Shown: positions 43,807-56,857 of the stretch, piece by piece
Position numbering within the stretch: position 1 is the first letter of the stretch
Layout: every line of letters starts with the position of its first letter
Assembly: GCA_951406725.2 (NCBI GenBank)
Contig: OX597816.1
Span: 56,668,001 to 56,732,000 of the forward strand
Source of the DNA: Octopus vulgaris
Taxonomy: Eukaryota
DNA length: 64,000 bases
Direction of reading: 5' to 3'
Program-made: the position numbers and the translations under genes
Notes under the pieces: generated by a model
What the model was told of the DNA's origin: nothing
What the model saw: the letters and a program-made list of their open reading frames with translations, nothing else
The model's database searches: none

Positions 43807-44936
43807 ATGTATGTATATGTAAGCATATATATGTATATATATATATATATTTATGTATTTGTGTGTGTATACGGGTGTACGGACGTACAGACATATATAT
43901 GTATATACGTATGCATATGCATACATGTACATGTGAAGGCAAAATACAAAAATAAATGCATGCCCGTATACATACATAAATATTTACACATCCCACCCTT
44001 GGTCCTTACCTACATTCGTGTATGCATAGACAGATGCGTAGTGTACCCTTATAACCAAATGCATGCATGCACGCATGTACATACATGTACGCATACATAC
44101 ACAGATTTATACACACATTGATACATACGCACACACGTGCGTACACACATATACATACGCATCTGAGCGTGCACGTGATCACTATGGTAACTCTGAACGT
44201 TAACAATACATTTTGCTCTTTGTTCTAGCATATTACTGGCAGAAACTCCAGTCAGCAGTCTCCGAATCAATAGCCAACTTTACACCTCAGGTTGTTGTTC
44301 TAAATGGCACCGAATCTCATAGTTTACCATTCCAAGATATCCGGCTTTATCTATACTGTTTGGTATTCAAGGCTAAATTAGCAGACACTGGATTCCAAGG
44401 TATAATACAGTGATAATACAGTTATAGTTTCACTTTATCACGAAGATTCTGCCCGGCTCTGCACACGTAGGCATCAACCGGCGTACTTGGTTACTATAGA
44501 GATTCCTGTAAATATTCTACAAGTGTTAGCCATTCATCATCCTGATGCAACTAGACAATTTCTCTGAAGAGCATTTGTTCACTAGGCACTGCTTATCTTG
44601 TTACTCGATGACCTTTAAAGAATTCCGAGAAGAGAGAGGAACAACATGAAGGTTATTTGGATAGCGCATGGAAAATCGAGTGTTAATTTGGTTAAGGTAG
44701 GGGTAGAGATAACTGGGTGAAGAATTCAGATTTTGGTAAAGAACTTTTTAAATAGAAACTGGCAGCGGGAAATAAAGATATGTATAGATAAATATATAGA
44801 TATAGAGATAGATTTTGTAAACAATGCCAATTAGAGGCTAAGATGTTGGTACACATTCATGCATAAATGTATGTGTCTGGTTGCGTATTTATGTGTGTGT
44901 GTGTATATATATTATTATCCGTGTGTGTGTGTATAA

Positions 44937-44995
<59 letters not shown>

Positions 44996-45078
44996 AATAA
45001 ATATATATAGATACATACATACATAAGAATCTTGGAAACGCATGCATTTGGTTATAAGGGTACATACATACATATATA

Positions 45079-45159
<81 letters not shown>

Positions 45160-45353
45160 GAATTAAGAGATAGAACCTCCATAAAGTAATTCCATTAATA
45201 CTGAAAGATATATAAATTAAAATATATTATTACCATCTTACTAAAAAATTTTATACTAGATGATATACAAATACACCTTAAAACGTAGTTATTATTATTA
45301 TGCTTAAACATTTCTATACTAAATAAAATACATAAAAAAATACACATTAAAAC

Positions 45354-45458
45354 GACTACGCGCGTTTCGTGACTATATATACGAATCTACAATATCAAAA
45401 TCGATAATCAAAAATTAATTTTTCTTTGATCCAACGATACATAGCCACTCTTCAGATC
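45354..45458 (-). ncRNA. Type-I hammerhead ribozyme with intact core and long stem II
   Basis: GAT CTGAAGA GTGGCTATGTAT...ATATATAGTCAC GAAA CG-cg-CGT A GTC. Confidence 0.8.
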
Positions 45459-45572
45459 TCAATATCCCCAAATATATTTACAACATAAATGAAGACGTTA
45501 TAATCGCACTATATTTTATAAATAATTGATAAGATTTAACAATATTTAAAATATTAAAACAATATTTTAAAA

Positions 45573-45652
<80 letters not shown>

Positions 45653-45695
45653 CACATATATATACATATATATATATATGCATATATACACGCAT

Positions 45696-45748
<53 letters not shown>

Positions 45749-45769
45749 CATATATATGCTTGAAACGCC

Positions 45770-46213
45770 GCCGTGAGCGATACATTAGTACTTGCACCAT
45801 GTGGAAAATATTCCACCAATATTATCCAAATGATATTGGTATTATATTTACAATTCCCCCATGACTAGGCCCCCGTGCAATGCGTCCCCTACAAAGGTCG
45901 AGATCACATCACATAAGAACATCGCGGCATAATTTCTTCACTGCAAATGGTCCTGCACTTTTTAATGTTATCCCCAAAGAAATTAAAGTAGAAAAATACT
46001 CCTCAACTTTCAAACGGTACCTGGACAAATTTCTCCCGGAAATACCGGATAAACCACCTACACCTGAATACGTCTCAACAAACAACAACCCTCTGCTCGA
46101 CTGGTTCATGGTGTCCCGAAATAATTAACTAAAAGACTTTGCCAGGTGGTACTATTGAGTTAGTCATGGCCTGGGACCATAATGGTCAAAACCAATCTGA
46201 GCTATCTAAGTTA
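45770..46213 (+). mobile_element. CR1/Jockey-group LINE 3' end
   Basis: HNFFTANGPALFNVIPKEIK...FKRYLDKFL.EIPD. Same family as 9300. Confidence 0.85.
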
Positions 46214-46227
46214 CATATATATATATA

Positions 46228-46601
46228 GGCGCAGGAGTGGCTGTGTGGTAAGTAGCTTGCTTACCAACCCCATGGTTCCGGGTTCAGTCCCACTGCGTGG
46301 CACCTTGGGCAAGTGTCTTCTACTATAGCCTCGGGCCGACCAAAGCCTTGTGAGTGGATTTGGTAGACGGAAATTGAAAGAAGCTCGTCGTATATATGTA
46401 TATATATGTGTGTTTGTGTGTCTGTGCTTGTCCCCCTAGCATTGCTGGTGTGTTTATGTCCCCGTTACTTAGCGGTTCGGCAAAAGTAACTGATAGGATA
46501 AGTACTGGGCTTACAAAGAATAAGTCCCGGGGTCGAGTTGCTCGATTAAAGGCGGTGCTCCAGCATGGCTGCAGTCAAATGACTGAAACAAGTAAAAGAG
46601 T
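46228..46601 (+). mobile_element. Full-length CORE-type SINE family A
   Basis: GGCGCAGGAGTGGCTGTGTGG (A box), GGGTTCAGTCCC (B box), CORE-like segment and tail. Confidence 0.95.
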
Positions 46602-47433
46602 ATATGCATATATATATATATATAAGTGTTTGTGTATATATGTGTGTGTAAGTGTGTGGGCGTATGTGTGTGTATGTGAGTGTGTACATATACATACATG
46701 GATATCTATTTTAATGTATGTGTGTGCATGTCTGTATAAATAGAAATATATATATATTTACAGGTATACATATATATATATATATACAAATGTAACATAT
46801 ACGAGATTTTTTATGTAACTATGTGCATGTATATATTATATGTATGTATATAAACACACACACACTGTCTCTCCCTCTCTGTCTCTCTCTCTCTGTCCCT
46901 CTTTCTCTCTCTCCTTCTCTCTCTCTCTCTCTCTCTCTCATTCACCAAATGGGCCAACAAAAAACCGTATATGGTGATGTGAACTTTCACCACCCTGGAG
47001 CCAAATAAGAATGATATCTAAAAGTGCAAAATCACGCTGGTGCTCCAGCATGACTACAGTCACATGGCAGAAACTAATAAAGAATAAACGAATATAGAAG
47101 TATATACTCTGTGTGTATATGTGTGTGTGTCTGTTTGTTTGTGTGTGCGTGTGTGTAGTGTAAACAGAGTTAGCGGTTATAGTAACAGAATAAGGGATAA
47201 AATATCCGTATATATTATCGGTATCCGTTACCCGTGTTATCCCCGGGCATTGGTGTACAGGCACACCATACACGTAGAGTGCAGATAGCAAAAGGATAAA
47301 CAAGAGTTTTACAGGAACCAATGCAAATAATTAGAAAATGGAGAAAACCACAGATTCAAAAATAAATTTAAAAATAAGCTATAAATGTGGTCCAATCGAT
47401 GTGTTTGTTAATCTGAGGTTTTTCCATTTGCTG

Positions 47434-47492
<59 letters not shown>

Positions 47493-47684
47493 GTATATAT
47501 ATATATTATATACACACACGTGCATATACATGTAACATATACGATGTTTATGAAAGTAAGTATGAGATTGTATACATTATATGTGTATAAACATATAATA
47601 GATATCGAGAGAGAGAAGCAATTATGAGGATAAAAAATGAAACATAACAGCTTGGGTTTGATATACAAAATACATACATACATG

Positions 47685-47720
<36 letters not shown>

Positions 47721-47884
47721 CATATAAAAGAAAGAAGTGGAAATTTTACTGGTGAGTGTATTAAATTATAAGGCACGAAAGGAGAATGACTCTCCCCAGA
47801 CACAACAGAATATGCTTCAACACACGAACTCACATAAAGAATCTTGCAAACCAAATCCAAAAACGAAATACACACACAGGCACG

Positions 47885-47929
<45 letters not shown>

Positions 47930-48139
47930 GTATGTATGTATGTATATGTATATGTGTGTATATATGTATGCTTGTATGTATGTATGCTTGTGTGTATGTA
48001 TGTATGTATGTATGTATGTATGTTTTAACTTTGAGTTTAACTTATGTTTTTGAAAAAGTTCAACCCGGTCGCTAACAAAGCGAATTGTCGATGCATTCAC
48101 CTAAGTGTGTGCATTTATTCACTTAAGAATCTCAGCTGG

Positions 48140-48632
48140 GGAATCTTTCGAATGTCTTACAGATCTTCACAGTGCCACTGATAGATTGGATTGGGAGAAT
48201 CTGCTTCAAATTATTTTGCTCTTACCTCTCAAAACCGAGAAAATTCTAGGTTTTTGAGCAAATTTCTTGGTTCATAACCTGATGCACTTATGATGATGGG
48301 CACAAATTAGAATTCACAGCCAGAATAAAATATCTGTAAGTTCCATATTAATTCGCCATAAATGTTCTCTTTAGTCCCGGACTGTTGATTGTACATTTAC
48401 ATCCACTGGGCAGCTGACCTCTACAACAGTGCATGACTTTCGGTCCCTGACCCACATAACAACATCTGTTCCGTTATGTTTGCATCGAATTGATGTTTCT
48501 ATTGGGGTTTTCGACCGGTATTCCTTCTTTTTAAAGATGTGAATACCTGTTGCTTCTGACATGCCTTTGATGTACACATTAGGGCAGTCCTTCCTATGGA
48601 TAGCATTGTAAATAGTCTTTACAACTATATCA
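48140..48632 (-). mobile_element. RLE-type non-LTR retrotransposon endonuclease relic
   Basis: KHNGTDVVMW...VVEVSCP (degenerate PD-(D/E)xK), VPIIISASG and QSISGTVKICKTF. Confidence 0.8.
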
Positions 48633-48900
48633 ACCACCAGGGGTTAATATAGTTGCTTCTCTGTCAGTACACAAGTATTCAGCTTTTTCGCTCTTATTTC
48701 TAGCAATTTAGTTGTTTTAATTCCCTAGTGACATTCAGTGACAATTATTGCTTTCCTTTTTCGTAAAAAAAAATGCACACTGTTGTATATATTAAATTAT
48801 TGGATACACATTAACGATTCGCTAAATCATCCATAGATTTATATTGTGATTACATACGTACTGACAGAGAATAAAGTCCGGTATCTGCCGAGTCGAGCGG

Positions 48901-48953
48901 TCCCTACCGATGAGGCTGCGGAATTATCCGAAGCTGATCGATCATTATAGGGA
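48901..48953 (+). ncRNA. Degenerate hammerhead motif between direct repeats
   Basis: Stem I TCCCTA/TAGGGA; CCGATGA; CGAAG; palindromic TGATCGATCA. Flanking direct repeats at about 48681-48745 and 49035-49099. Confidence 0.5.
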
Positions 48954-49245
48954 ACACTCGACCGGTGTTTTCGGGTGATTACGGTCCTTGTTAGAACGTA
49001 TGCATACAATTATGTAGTTTGACCACATCATTAGAGCTTTTTAGCTCTTATTTCTAGCAATGTAGGTGTTCTAACACCCAAGTCACATCTAGTGACAATG
49101 ATATATATATATATATATATATAATACAGTAGATGAATTAATTGCATGGCAATTTTTAACATTTATGTATTAGTCTTGTTGGGTACCTCTCTAGCAGTAT
49201 ATTGGATATATGTTATCCCATGGTGGGTTGAATTTTCAACCCCTA

Positions 49246-49328
<83 letters not shown>

Positions 49329-50117
49329 TGTATGTATGTATGTATGTATGTATGTATGTATGCGTGTATAAATGCCTATTTGTATGTGTGTGTGCAACAA
49401 GCCTATGAAACACAGTCTGTGTGTCTTTTGAATCGATCGGTCATAACAAGTAACCGACGTACCCGTTATTCTTCCCTGAATAAAGAAAATTTTATTGTCC
49501 TGAAGATAATGCAAGAATCTGATTATTATTGTCATTAGTCGACAATCGGTCATTAGTCACCAGTGGGTCGAACTTTATTCATAAGAGGGCAATTGTCTGA
49601 AAATAAAGCTGAATATTAATATTAACAATACAGTTTAAGATAATACAAACAAAATGTCAACGATACTTAAGTAGCAATAGTATATTCAACGGTTAATGAG
49701 GATTCAGGGATAATTTACTCTGGTTAAAGACAGCTCTGCAGATCCCACAATGTTTTAATAATTGTTTTAGGGCGACTTATTTACGATTAGAATGTCAGAC
49801 GTTATTGCCCTTGTGAGTAAGGTCACGTAATTAGAGTGTCCCCTTACTTGATTGGTCCAAATGGGTCATGTGACGCTGGAGTTGCAAGAACGTCGCGACC
49901 ACCAGGCTGAACTACTGGGCCAACATTACTGGGGATTCACGAAGCCAGACGGCTGAACAGTTGGGTTAATACTATAAGTGTTTAAATCTATGGGGTATTA
50001 TCAACGGACTCACCAATAACACAATTCTGTGGCCAAAAAATTGTTTCACCTTTTTGGGGTGGAACTGATCACGTACCACTGGATATTTTATCATTATACC
50101 AAAATTTTACTATTGTC

Positions 50118-50174
<57 letters not shown>

Positions 50175-50233
50175 CATCATCATCATCATCATCACCATTA
50201 TTATTATTTTTATTATTATTATTATTATATTTT

Positions 50234-50880
50234 TCCTTCTTTCTTCAAATTTTCTTCCGTTTCTCGCCGAGTGTTTTCCATTCAACTAGGGCAGAGAAAG
50301 GCAGTGCATGCATTCCCAGATTACACGCGCAAATTCACAGATAAAATATGTATTTAAAAATTAATAAATAAATAAATTCATGGATGGATGTTATTTTCAC
50401 AGCGATAGTGCTCTTCTCAGTACATGAGCCGTTCCAGTTAATACGATTTTTTGCACTTCCTGTAGGGATGGTAAACCTGGAATCATTTTCAAATAGGTTT
50501 CGGTACCTTTTTTATCATTCCTAGAGATCCTACAATCACTGGTACTGTAGTCGCCTTGAGATGCCACTTTTTTTCAATTTCTATTAGCAGGTCTTTATAT
50601 TTACTAATCTTGTCAAATTCTTTCGCCGCTGCACCGGAGTCTTTAGTCATCTATCAAGTCACAAGGGGCTCAGACAGATTTTCCTTAAGATGTGCGCTTT
50701 GTCCAATAAGGCTGCTTTTTGCAAGGGATTAATCTTTCATGGGATTTCCAGTTGCCTTAAGAAGTTATTATTATTATTATTACTTTTTTTTTCTTCTTCT
50801 TTCAAATTTGCTTCCATTTCTTGCCGAGTGTCTTCCCGACTCCTAGGGCAAAGAAACTCATAGTATACATTGGTAGGCCA
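50234..50880 (-). mobile_element. Three stacked RLE-LINE (Dong/R4-like) 3' ends in (TAA)n
   Basis: KISKYKDLLIEIEKKWHLKATTVPVIVGSLGMI...GTAHVLRRALSL*; a second fragment LQKAALLDKAHILRK; a third 3'UTR at 50790-50880. Confidence 0.8.
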
Positions 50881-50895
50881 TTATTATTATTATGA

Positions 50896-50926
<31 letters not shown>

Positions 50927-50949
50927 AATTATTATTATTATTTTATTCC

Positions 50950-51353
50950 TTTTACTTGCTTTAGTCATTAGACTGCGGCCATGCTGGAACATCGCCTTGA
51001 AGAATTTTAGTCGAACTAATTGACCTCAGGACTTATTTTCTTTTCAAGCCTGGTACTTTTTTCTTTTTTTGGGCGAACCGTTAAGTTATGGAGACATAAA
51101 CACACCAACACCGATTATCAAGCGGTGGGGGGGGGGGAGGGAACAACACACAGACACACACACGCGCACACTCACACATACACACGTATACGAGGGGCTT
51201 CTATCAGTTTCCGTCTTTCAAATCCACTGACAAGGCTTTGGTCAGATCGCGACCATAGTAGAAAACATTTTCCCGAGGTGTCAAGCGGTGGAAGTAAACC
51301 CAGAAATACGTGGTTGGGAAGCAAGCTTCTTACCACACAGCCTTATTTGCGCC
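50950..51353 (-). mobile_element. Diverged CORE-type SINE family A
   Basis: Homology to 46228-46601. Confidence 0.85.
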
Positions 51354-51659
51354 TCTTAAGTGCCATATTTAAATAGACTAAAAAGCATCATTTGACAAAT
51401 ATGTAACCTTTAGACTGCTTCAGCTACACAGAGAGCTGCCTCTGTCACTCTAGCTTCAGTAATTTTTTAAAAATTATTTTGTCATGCCTGTTTATATTGT
51501 AAAAATGCTACATTTATTGGTGTCTTTTATCTTATGTTACATTTCAATGCTTCTTTTATATTATTTTGATGGTGAACCAAATATATGATATTGAAAAGTG
51601 TCCTCTTCCACTTTCCTTACAGACCTTCACGTAATTTGAAGCCAGGATCTCTTCCAGAA

Positions 51660-52500
51660 GATGTGCAGCAAACTCGGATGACTTTTGCGACATATTTGGC
51701 AAGTTTATGACTAAAAAACGTCGGAGAAACGTTACATAATTTGTCAAAAAATCTTACTATGACTACTTTGGCATGAAATTAAGAGCCCAAGATAAGAAGT
51801 GAGTTCCTCATAAGATTTGCTCAATTTCTGTTGAAGAACTAAAGCAATGAACAAAATGTACAAGAAGTATTTTCGTTATGGACTTCCAGTGACATAGAGA
51901 GAGCCTAAAATTTACAGTGATGACCGCTACTTTTTCTCATGTATGGTGCAGAGACACAATTCGATGAGTGGGAAAAACATTGTTTATCCAAATATCTCAT
52001 CGGTATTAAGACCTGTTTCCCTTGGATGGAGAGGATTTCGAATATTTGCTGAACAAGTTTTCTGCTCTAACGGATGCTAAGTTCGAAGAGGGTGTATTTG
52101 TAGAACCAAAGTCGTCGAGGATGAACATTTTGAAAATTCTCCTAGAGATTCTAACAAAGATGCATGAATTAGTTTTCAAGATGTGATAAGAATTTCTTGG
52201 ATAATCACAAGGATCCAAACTACAAAGACAAAGTGGGAAGAACGCTGGAAAAGTTCGAGACTTTAGAATGGAAAATGAGCATTAAAGTTCATTTCCTACA
52301 TTTCCATTTAGATTTCTCTCCAGAAGATTTGAGGAATGTGAGTGGGGTGTGGGGGCAAATGTTTCACCAAACATAAAAGAGATGGAAAGAAGATTTCAGA
52401 GAAGATGGAATGTTGGAATGCTAATATGATGGCCGACTACTGTTGGATGTTGCATCCTAAATGTCCATCAAAAGAGTTCCAGGCGTAGTTTCTAAGTGAA
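51660..52500 (+). pseudogene. Decayed DNA-transposase gene, superfamily not assigned
   Basis: Frameshifted motifs YFGMKLRAQDKK.VPHKIC, REPK..DD.YF, IVYPNISSVLRPV, DAKFEEGVFV, KMSIKVHFLH.HLDFSPE and MMADYCW. Confidence 0.7.
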
Positions 52501-52613
52501 AAAGAATTTATGGAGCCCTTGTAAAAAATCTATTTTGTTACCTTTCAATTTCATTTGTACCATTTTATTTTTGCTAAATAAAGCACCAAATGCATTTCTA
52601 TTAGTTTCATTGT

Positions 52614-52798
52614 AAAGTTCTATATTTAAGAGATGAGGAATTATTTACATTATTTACATTTGACGGACATGTATCCTCATCTTGTTTGTTGTTAGTACAA
52701 CGTTCCGGTTGATATACCCTCCAGGCTTCATCAGGTGTCTTGGGGAAATTCCAAACCTGGGTTCTCATTCCTAGGGTATTTTTCGATGTTGATGTTAC

Positions 52799-52863
<65 letters not shown>

Positions 52864-52951
52864 TCACTGCTTGGAATCGAACTCGGAATCTTGGGGTTAG
52901 TAGCCCGCGCTCTTAACTACTACGCCATATGCCCGTCAAATGTAAATAATG
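52614..52951 (-). mobile_element. tRNA-headed, hammerhead-containing SINE with a 12-bp TSD
   Basis: Head 52861-52934 (TGGCGTAGTAG, AGTTCGATTCC); (AAT)n; minimal HHR at about 52694-52739; TSD TAGTTTCATTGT at 52602-52613/52952-52963. Confidence 0.85.
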
Positions 52952-54426
52952 TAGTTTCATTGTGTCCTATCATAAGTGGATTTACCTGCAAAGTATATCA
53001 TCATCTAAATTGTGAGAAAACCTTGGGTAATAGGAAAGAGCTTTTTTGATATTTCGAATTAGTACCAAAACTAGACATAAAGTAACATAAATTTATCAAA
53101 ACAATTTTCAAAATTTTCCATTCCGCTGGCCTGTGCAATGACAGAAATGTCACATCGATATCATTTGGAATCTGTTTACTTGGTTATTGACCATTTGTTC
53201 TTTTCATTGACATATTCAGTGAGGAATGATGAAATGAAACGTATTCTTCTCCATTGGTTTTATGAAATAAAACATTTAATATTTATTTAAACAAACTTAC
53301 ATATTATTTTCCCCCAAATGAATTCCACATCCCCCGTTAATGATCAAAGACTGCATTATGATATTTTTCGGAAGCACTGTTTTGCTGCAGTCTTGTAGCT
53401 ACTGAGGTAAGGATCTTCCGGATGATGTTTTTCGAGCAGAAATTAACTATATGATGTATATCTAGTAATGCTGAACTGGAACATGTAGGAATCGAATATA
53501 TCCTCTCAGCCATCATAATTCCTCATCATGTGATTGGTAAGTTGTTTTTATTTATCAACAGTGGAATCGTTCTACAAGCATTACCGTTGATCCGTTCACA
53601 TTGTCCATTTTTATGCAGGTTGTAAGATTTAGTGAAATTATGGATAATGTTATGGTTGGGTGAAAAAAAAAACCTGGTGATTCATCAAGGTAGGCGCAAG
53701 ATCGGAATGGCAGAAGCTGGACAGACAAATACAGCAAATAAATTAGAAATTCGTGAGATAATCACCACATATTCAGAAATTTCACCATTTCCACGATAAC
53801 ACAAGGGCAACATAAATATCTATTGATCATAGTTAACATAGAAGTCCATTCAGCGTTAATCAGGAGAGGCACCATGAAATCACTGCTACGTATTTTAAAG
53901 GGCTTAATTGCCTTAATTAGTTCGCTGGTTGTATTAGGGAAATGTTGAAAATTAATTCGCAAACAGACTGGACACTTAGATTATATCTGATGAACTTCTT
54001 TGATGTTGTACAGATGATGGTACACTTTTACAAATTGAGACAAACTATGCTTCTGATGATCGTTGGTGTAAAGGTGATGATTGGATGCAGGTGACGTGAC
54101 ACTGTGTGAACCGGTTCCGAGGCCAATATTCGAAGAATTCCCAAACATTTGTATACGTCATTTTTTTTTAATGTTCTTTATTTTAGGATGTTTTGTGTGA
54201 CCAAAGACTTACCAGTTTTTGAATTTGAAAAAGTAAGAGAGAAGAAATCCATTGGGTATACAGTCATGATAAAGAGTGGCACCAGCAACATATCAGGATA
54301 CGTCTGATTCTATCAGGAATGTTTTAGTTTTGTTAATATCAGCCAAGAGTGACTCTGTGATGTCATATTTTTATTGTTTCCAAGATTCTTATTTCACTCG
54401 ATTTAAAACTAAAAAGAAAAACCGGC

Positions 54427-54738
54427 TCTCCGTCGGTTACGACGATGATGATTGTTGCAGTTGGTCCGACCAACGGAACAGCCAACTCGTGAAAGTAACG
54501 TGCAAGTGGTTGAGCACTCCGCAGACACGCGTGCCTTTAACGTGGTACTCAGAGAGATTCAGCGTGACGCAGAGTGTGAGAAAGCTGGCCCTTTAAGTTA
54601 CAGGTGCAACACATTTTTACCGGCTGAATGAACTGGAGCAATGTGACACAAAATGCCTTCATAAACATAGCGCACAGCCGGGAATCGAACTCACAATCGC
54701 ACGCCGAGAACCCTAACCACTAAGTTGCACTACTTCAC
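54427..54738 (-). mobile_element. SINE (head 2/CORE-like + tail B)
   Basis: Tail GTCGTAACCGACGGAG is shared with 32413. Homolog at 63404. Confidence 0.8.
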
Positions 54739-55005
54739 TTAAAAAAAAACAAGTTATATCATGTTAACATTAGTAAACGAAGTTGCTGCCATACATTTTA
54801 GACATATATTTTCTGATTGAGGAGAAATAAGCAAACGGGGTGGATTCCATCTGATTTGGATCAAGTTTGAGTTATTATTAAAGAATGTTTCATAAGCAAA
54901 ACTCGATAACTTTGAGACTAAATCACTGACTTTCCAAAGTTAACTGTAAAACCTACTTGGGGATTTACTTTTATCAGTTTAATATAGTAAAGGTTTAAGT
55001 GTTCT

Positions 55006-55584
55006 AGGCGGCGAGCTGGCAGAAACGTTAGCATGCCCGGCGAAATGCGTAGCCGTATTTCGTCTGCCGTTACGTTCTGAGTTCAAATTTCGCCGTGGTC
55101 GACTTTGCCCTTCATCCTTTCGGGGTCGATAAATTAAGTACCAGTTACGCACTGAGGCCGATGTAATCGACTTAATCCGTTTGTCTGTCCTTGTTTGTCC
55201 CCTCTGTGTTTGGCCCCTTGTGGGTAGTAAAGAAATAGGTGTTTCGTCTGCCGCTACGTTCTGAGTTCAAATTCCGTCGAGGTCGACTTTGCCTTTCACG
55301 CTCTCGTGGTCGATTAAATAAGTACCAGTTACGCACTGTGGTCGATGTAATCGACTTAATCACTTTGCCTGTCCTTGTTTGTCCTCTCTGCGTTTAGCCC
55401 CTTGTGGGTAGTAAAGAAATAGGTATTTCATCTGTCTTTTACGTTCTGAGTTCAAATTCCGCCGAGGACGACTTTGCCTTTCATCCTTTTGAGGTCGATA
55501 AAGTAAGTACCAGTTGAGTACTGGGGGCGATCTAATCGACTAGCACCCCTCCACAAAAATTTCGGGCCTTCTGCCTAGAGTAGA
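55006..55584 (+). mobile_element. Meta-domain-type SINE with three tandem body units and a 16-bp TSD
   Basis: GTCGACTTTGCCTTTCATCCTTTCGGGGTCGATAAA-like unit occurs three times. TSD AAAGGTTTAAGTGTTC. Confidence 0.92.
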
Positions 55585-56503
55585 AAAGGTTTAAGTGTTC
55601 AGTCACAAACCTTCAGCCTTTCACAATCATTCACCATCCTTTTGAAAGATTGGTGAACCAATTCACAATTGAACAAAACGTTAGGTCACAACGGGGTAGC
55701 AACCAGGAAAACAATAAATCTATTGTTTACGGTGAGGAAATCGAGCTTCCTCGAGTGTCTCATATATACTGCATGCAGCTGACCCACACGGTGACCGAGC
55801 AAACTAACCAAGCGATTCCTGCTGCTGCTGCTGCTCTGTGTAATGCAGTTAATAAGAATTACTACGTTGATCTCTATAGTTTTTAGTAATTGTTAGCTGC
55901 AGCTGTAACAGTGGAGAGATGTTGAGCAACTTTTGTCAACTTTGACATAATTTAATTTCAGGAAAAAACAATAAATTCCTGCGGCCAAACCCTGAAACTT
56001 CACACGTCACACTTTGATGCATGTTAGGCTATTACTCACTCACTCCCTCTTTCCCCCTGTCTCTTCTCTCTCCCTCTTTCTCTTCTTTCTCTCCCTCCTT
56101 CACTCTCTCTTTCTCTCTCTCTCTCTCTCTTGTCCTTTACCCTCTCATACTCACCCTCTCTCTATAATTTTTCCTCAGTTTCTCTCTCTCTCCCTCTCTC
56201 TTCCTTTCTCTTGCAGTAAATCCCTGATTCTTTAAGTCTGTTACTTTTTCTGCCATTCTCGCTCGTCTCCTATTTCCAAATATATTTACTTTATCGGCTA
56301 CCATTGAAAGCAGGACTGTACCTATGTACAGGAGTGGGTGTGTGGTAAGAAGCTTGCTTACCAACCATATGGTTCTGGGTTCAGTTCCACTGTGTGGCAC
56401 CTTGGGCAAGTGTCTTCTACCATAGCCTCGGCCCGACCAAAGCCTTGTCAGTGGATTTGGTAGACGGAAGCTGAAAGAAACCCGTCGTATATATATGTGT
56501 ATG

Positions 56504-56546
<43 letters not shown>

Positions 56547-56547
<1 letters not shown>

Positions 56548-56857
56548 AAGGAAATGAAAAAATGCTGACAAAATAATTTAAGTAAGGGAGAGTGTATTTA
56601 ATTAGGTGAAAGTTCTTTTTACCGGTTGCGCATTTGTTATGCTTATCAAAAGATATTTTGAGTGAGATAAAGTTCCTTTCTGATTGATTTTTTTCTCTTA
56701 CCAGATAAGAGAAAAAAATCAATCAGAAAGGAACTTTATCTCACTCAAAATATCTTTTGATAAGCATAACAAATGCGCAACCAAAAAGAACTTTCACCTA
56801 ATTAAATACACTCTCCCTTACTTAAATTATTTTGTCAGCATTTTCTTCATTTCCTTT
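56547..56857. repeat. Near-perfect palindrome with ~150-bp arms and a 5-nt loop
   Basis: Centre TCTCTTA-ccaga-TAAGAGA at 56694-56712. Confidence 0.95.

Noticed and set aside
44213-44413. Possible exon after TTTGTTCTAG
   Set aside because: It has no strong donor and no recognisable protein.
46938-47321. ORF with a signal-peptide-like N-terminus
   Set aside because: It starts at TTG and runs into (CA)n and a SINE fragment.
47750-47800. Hammerhead-like CTGGTGA...CACGAAA
   Set aside because: The core is mutated, there is no NUH in register, and there is no stem I.
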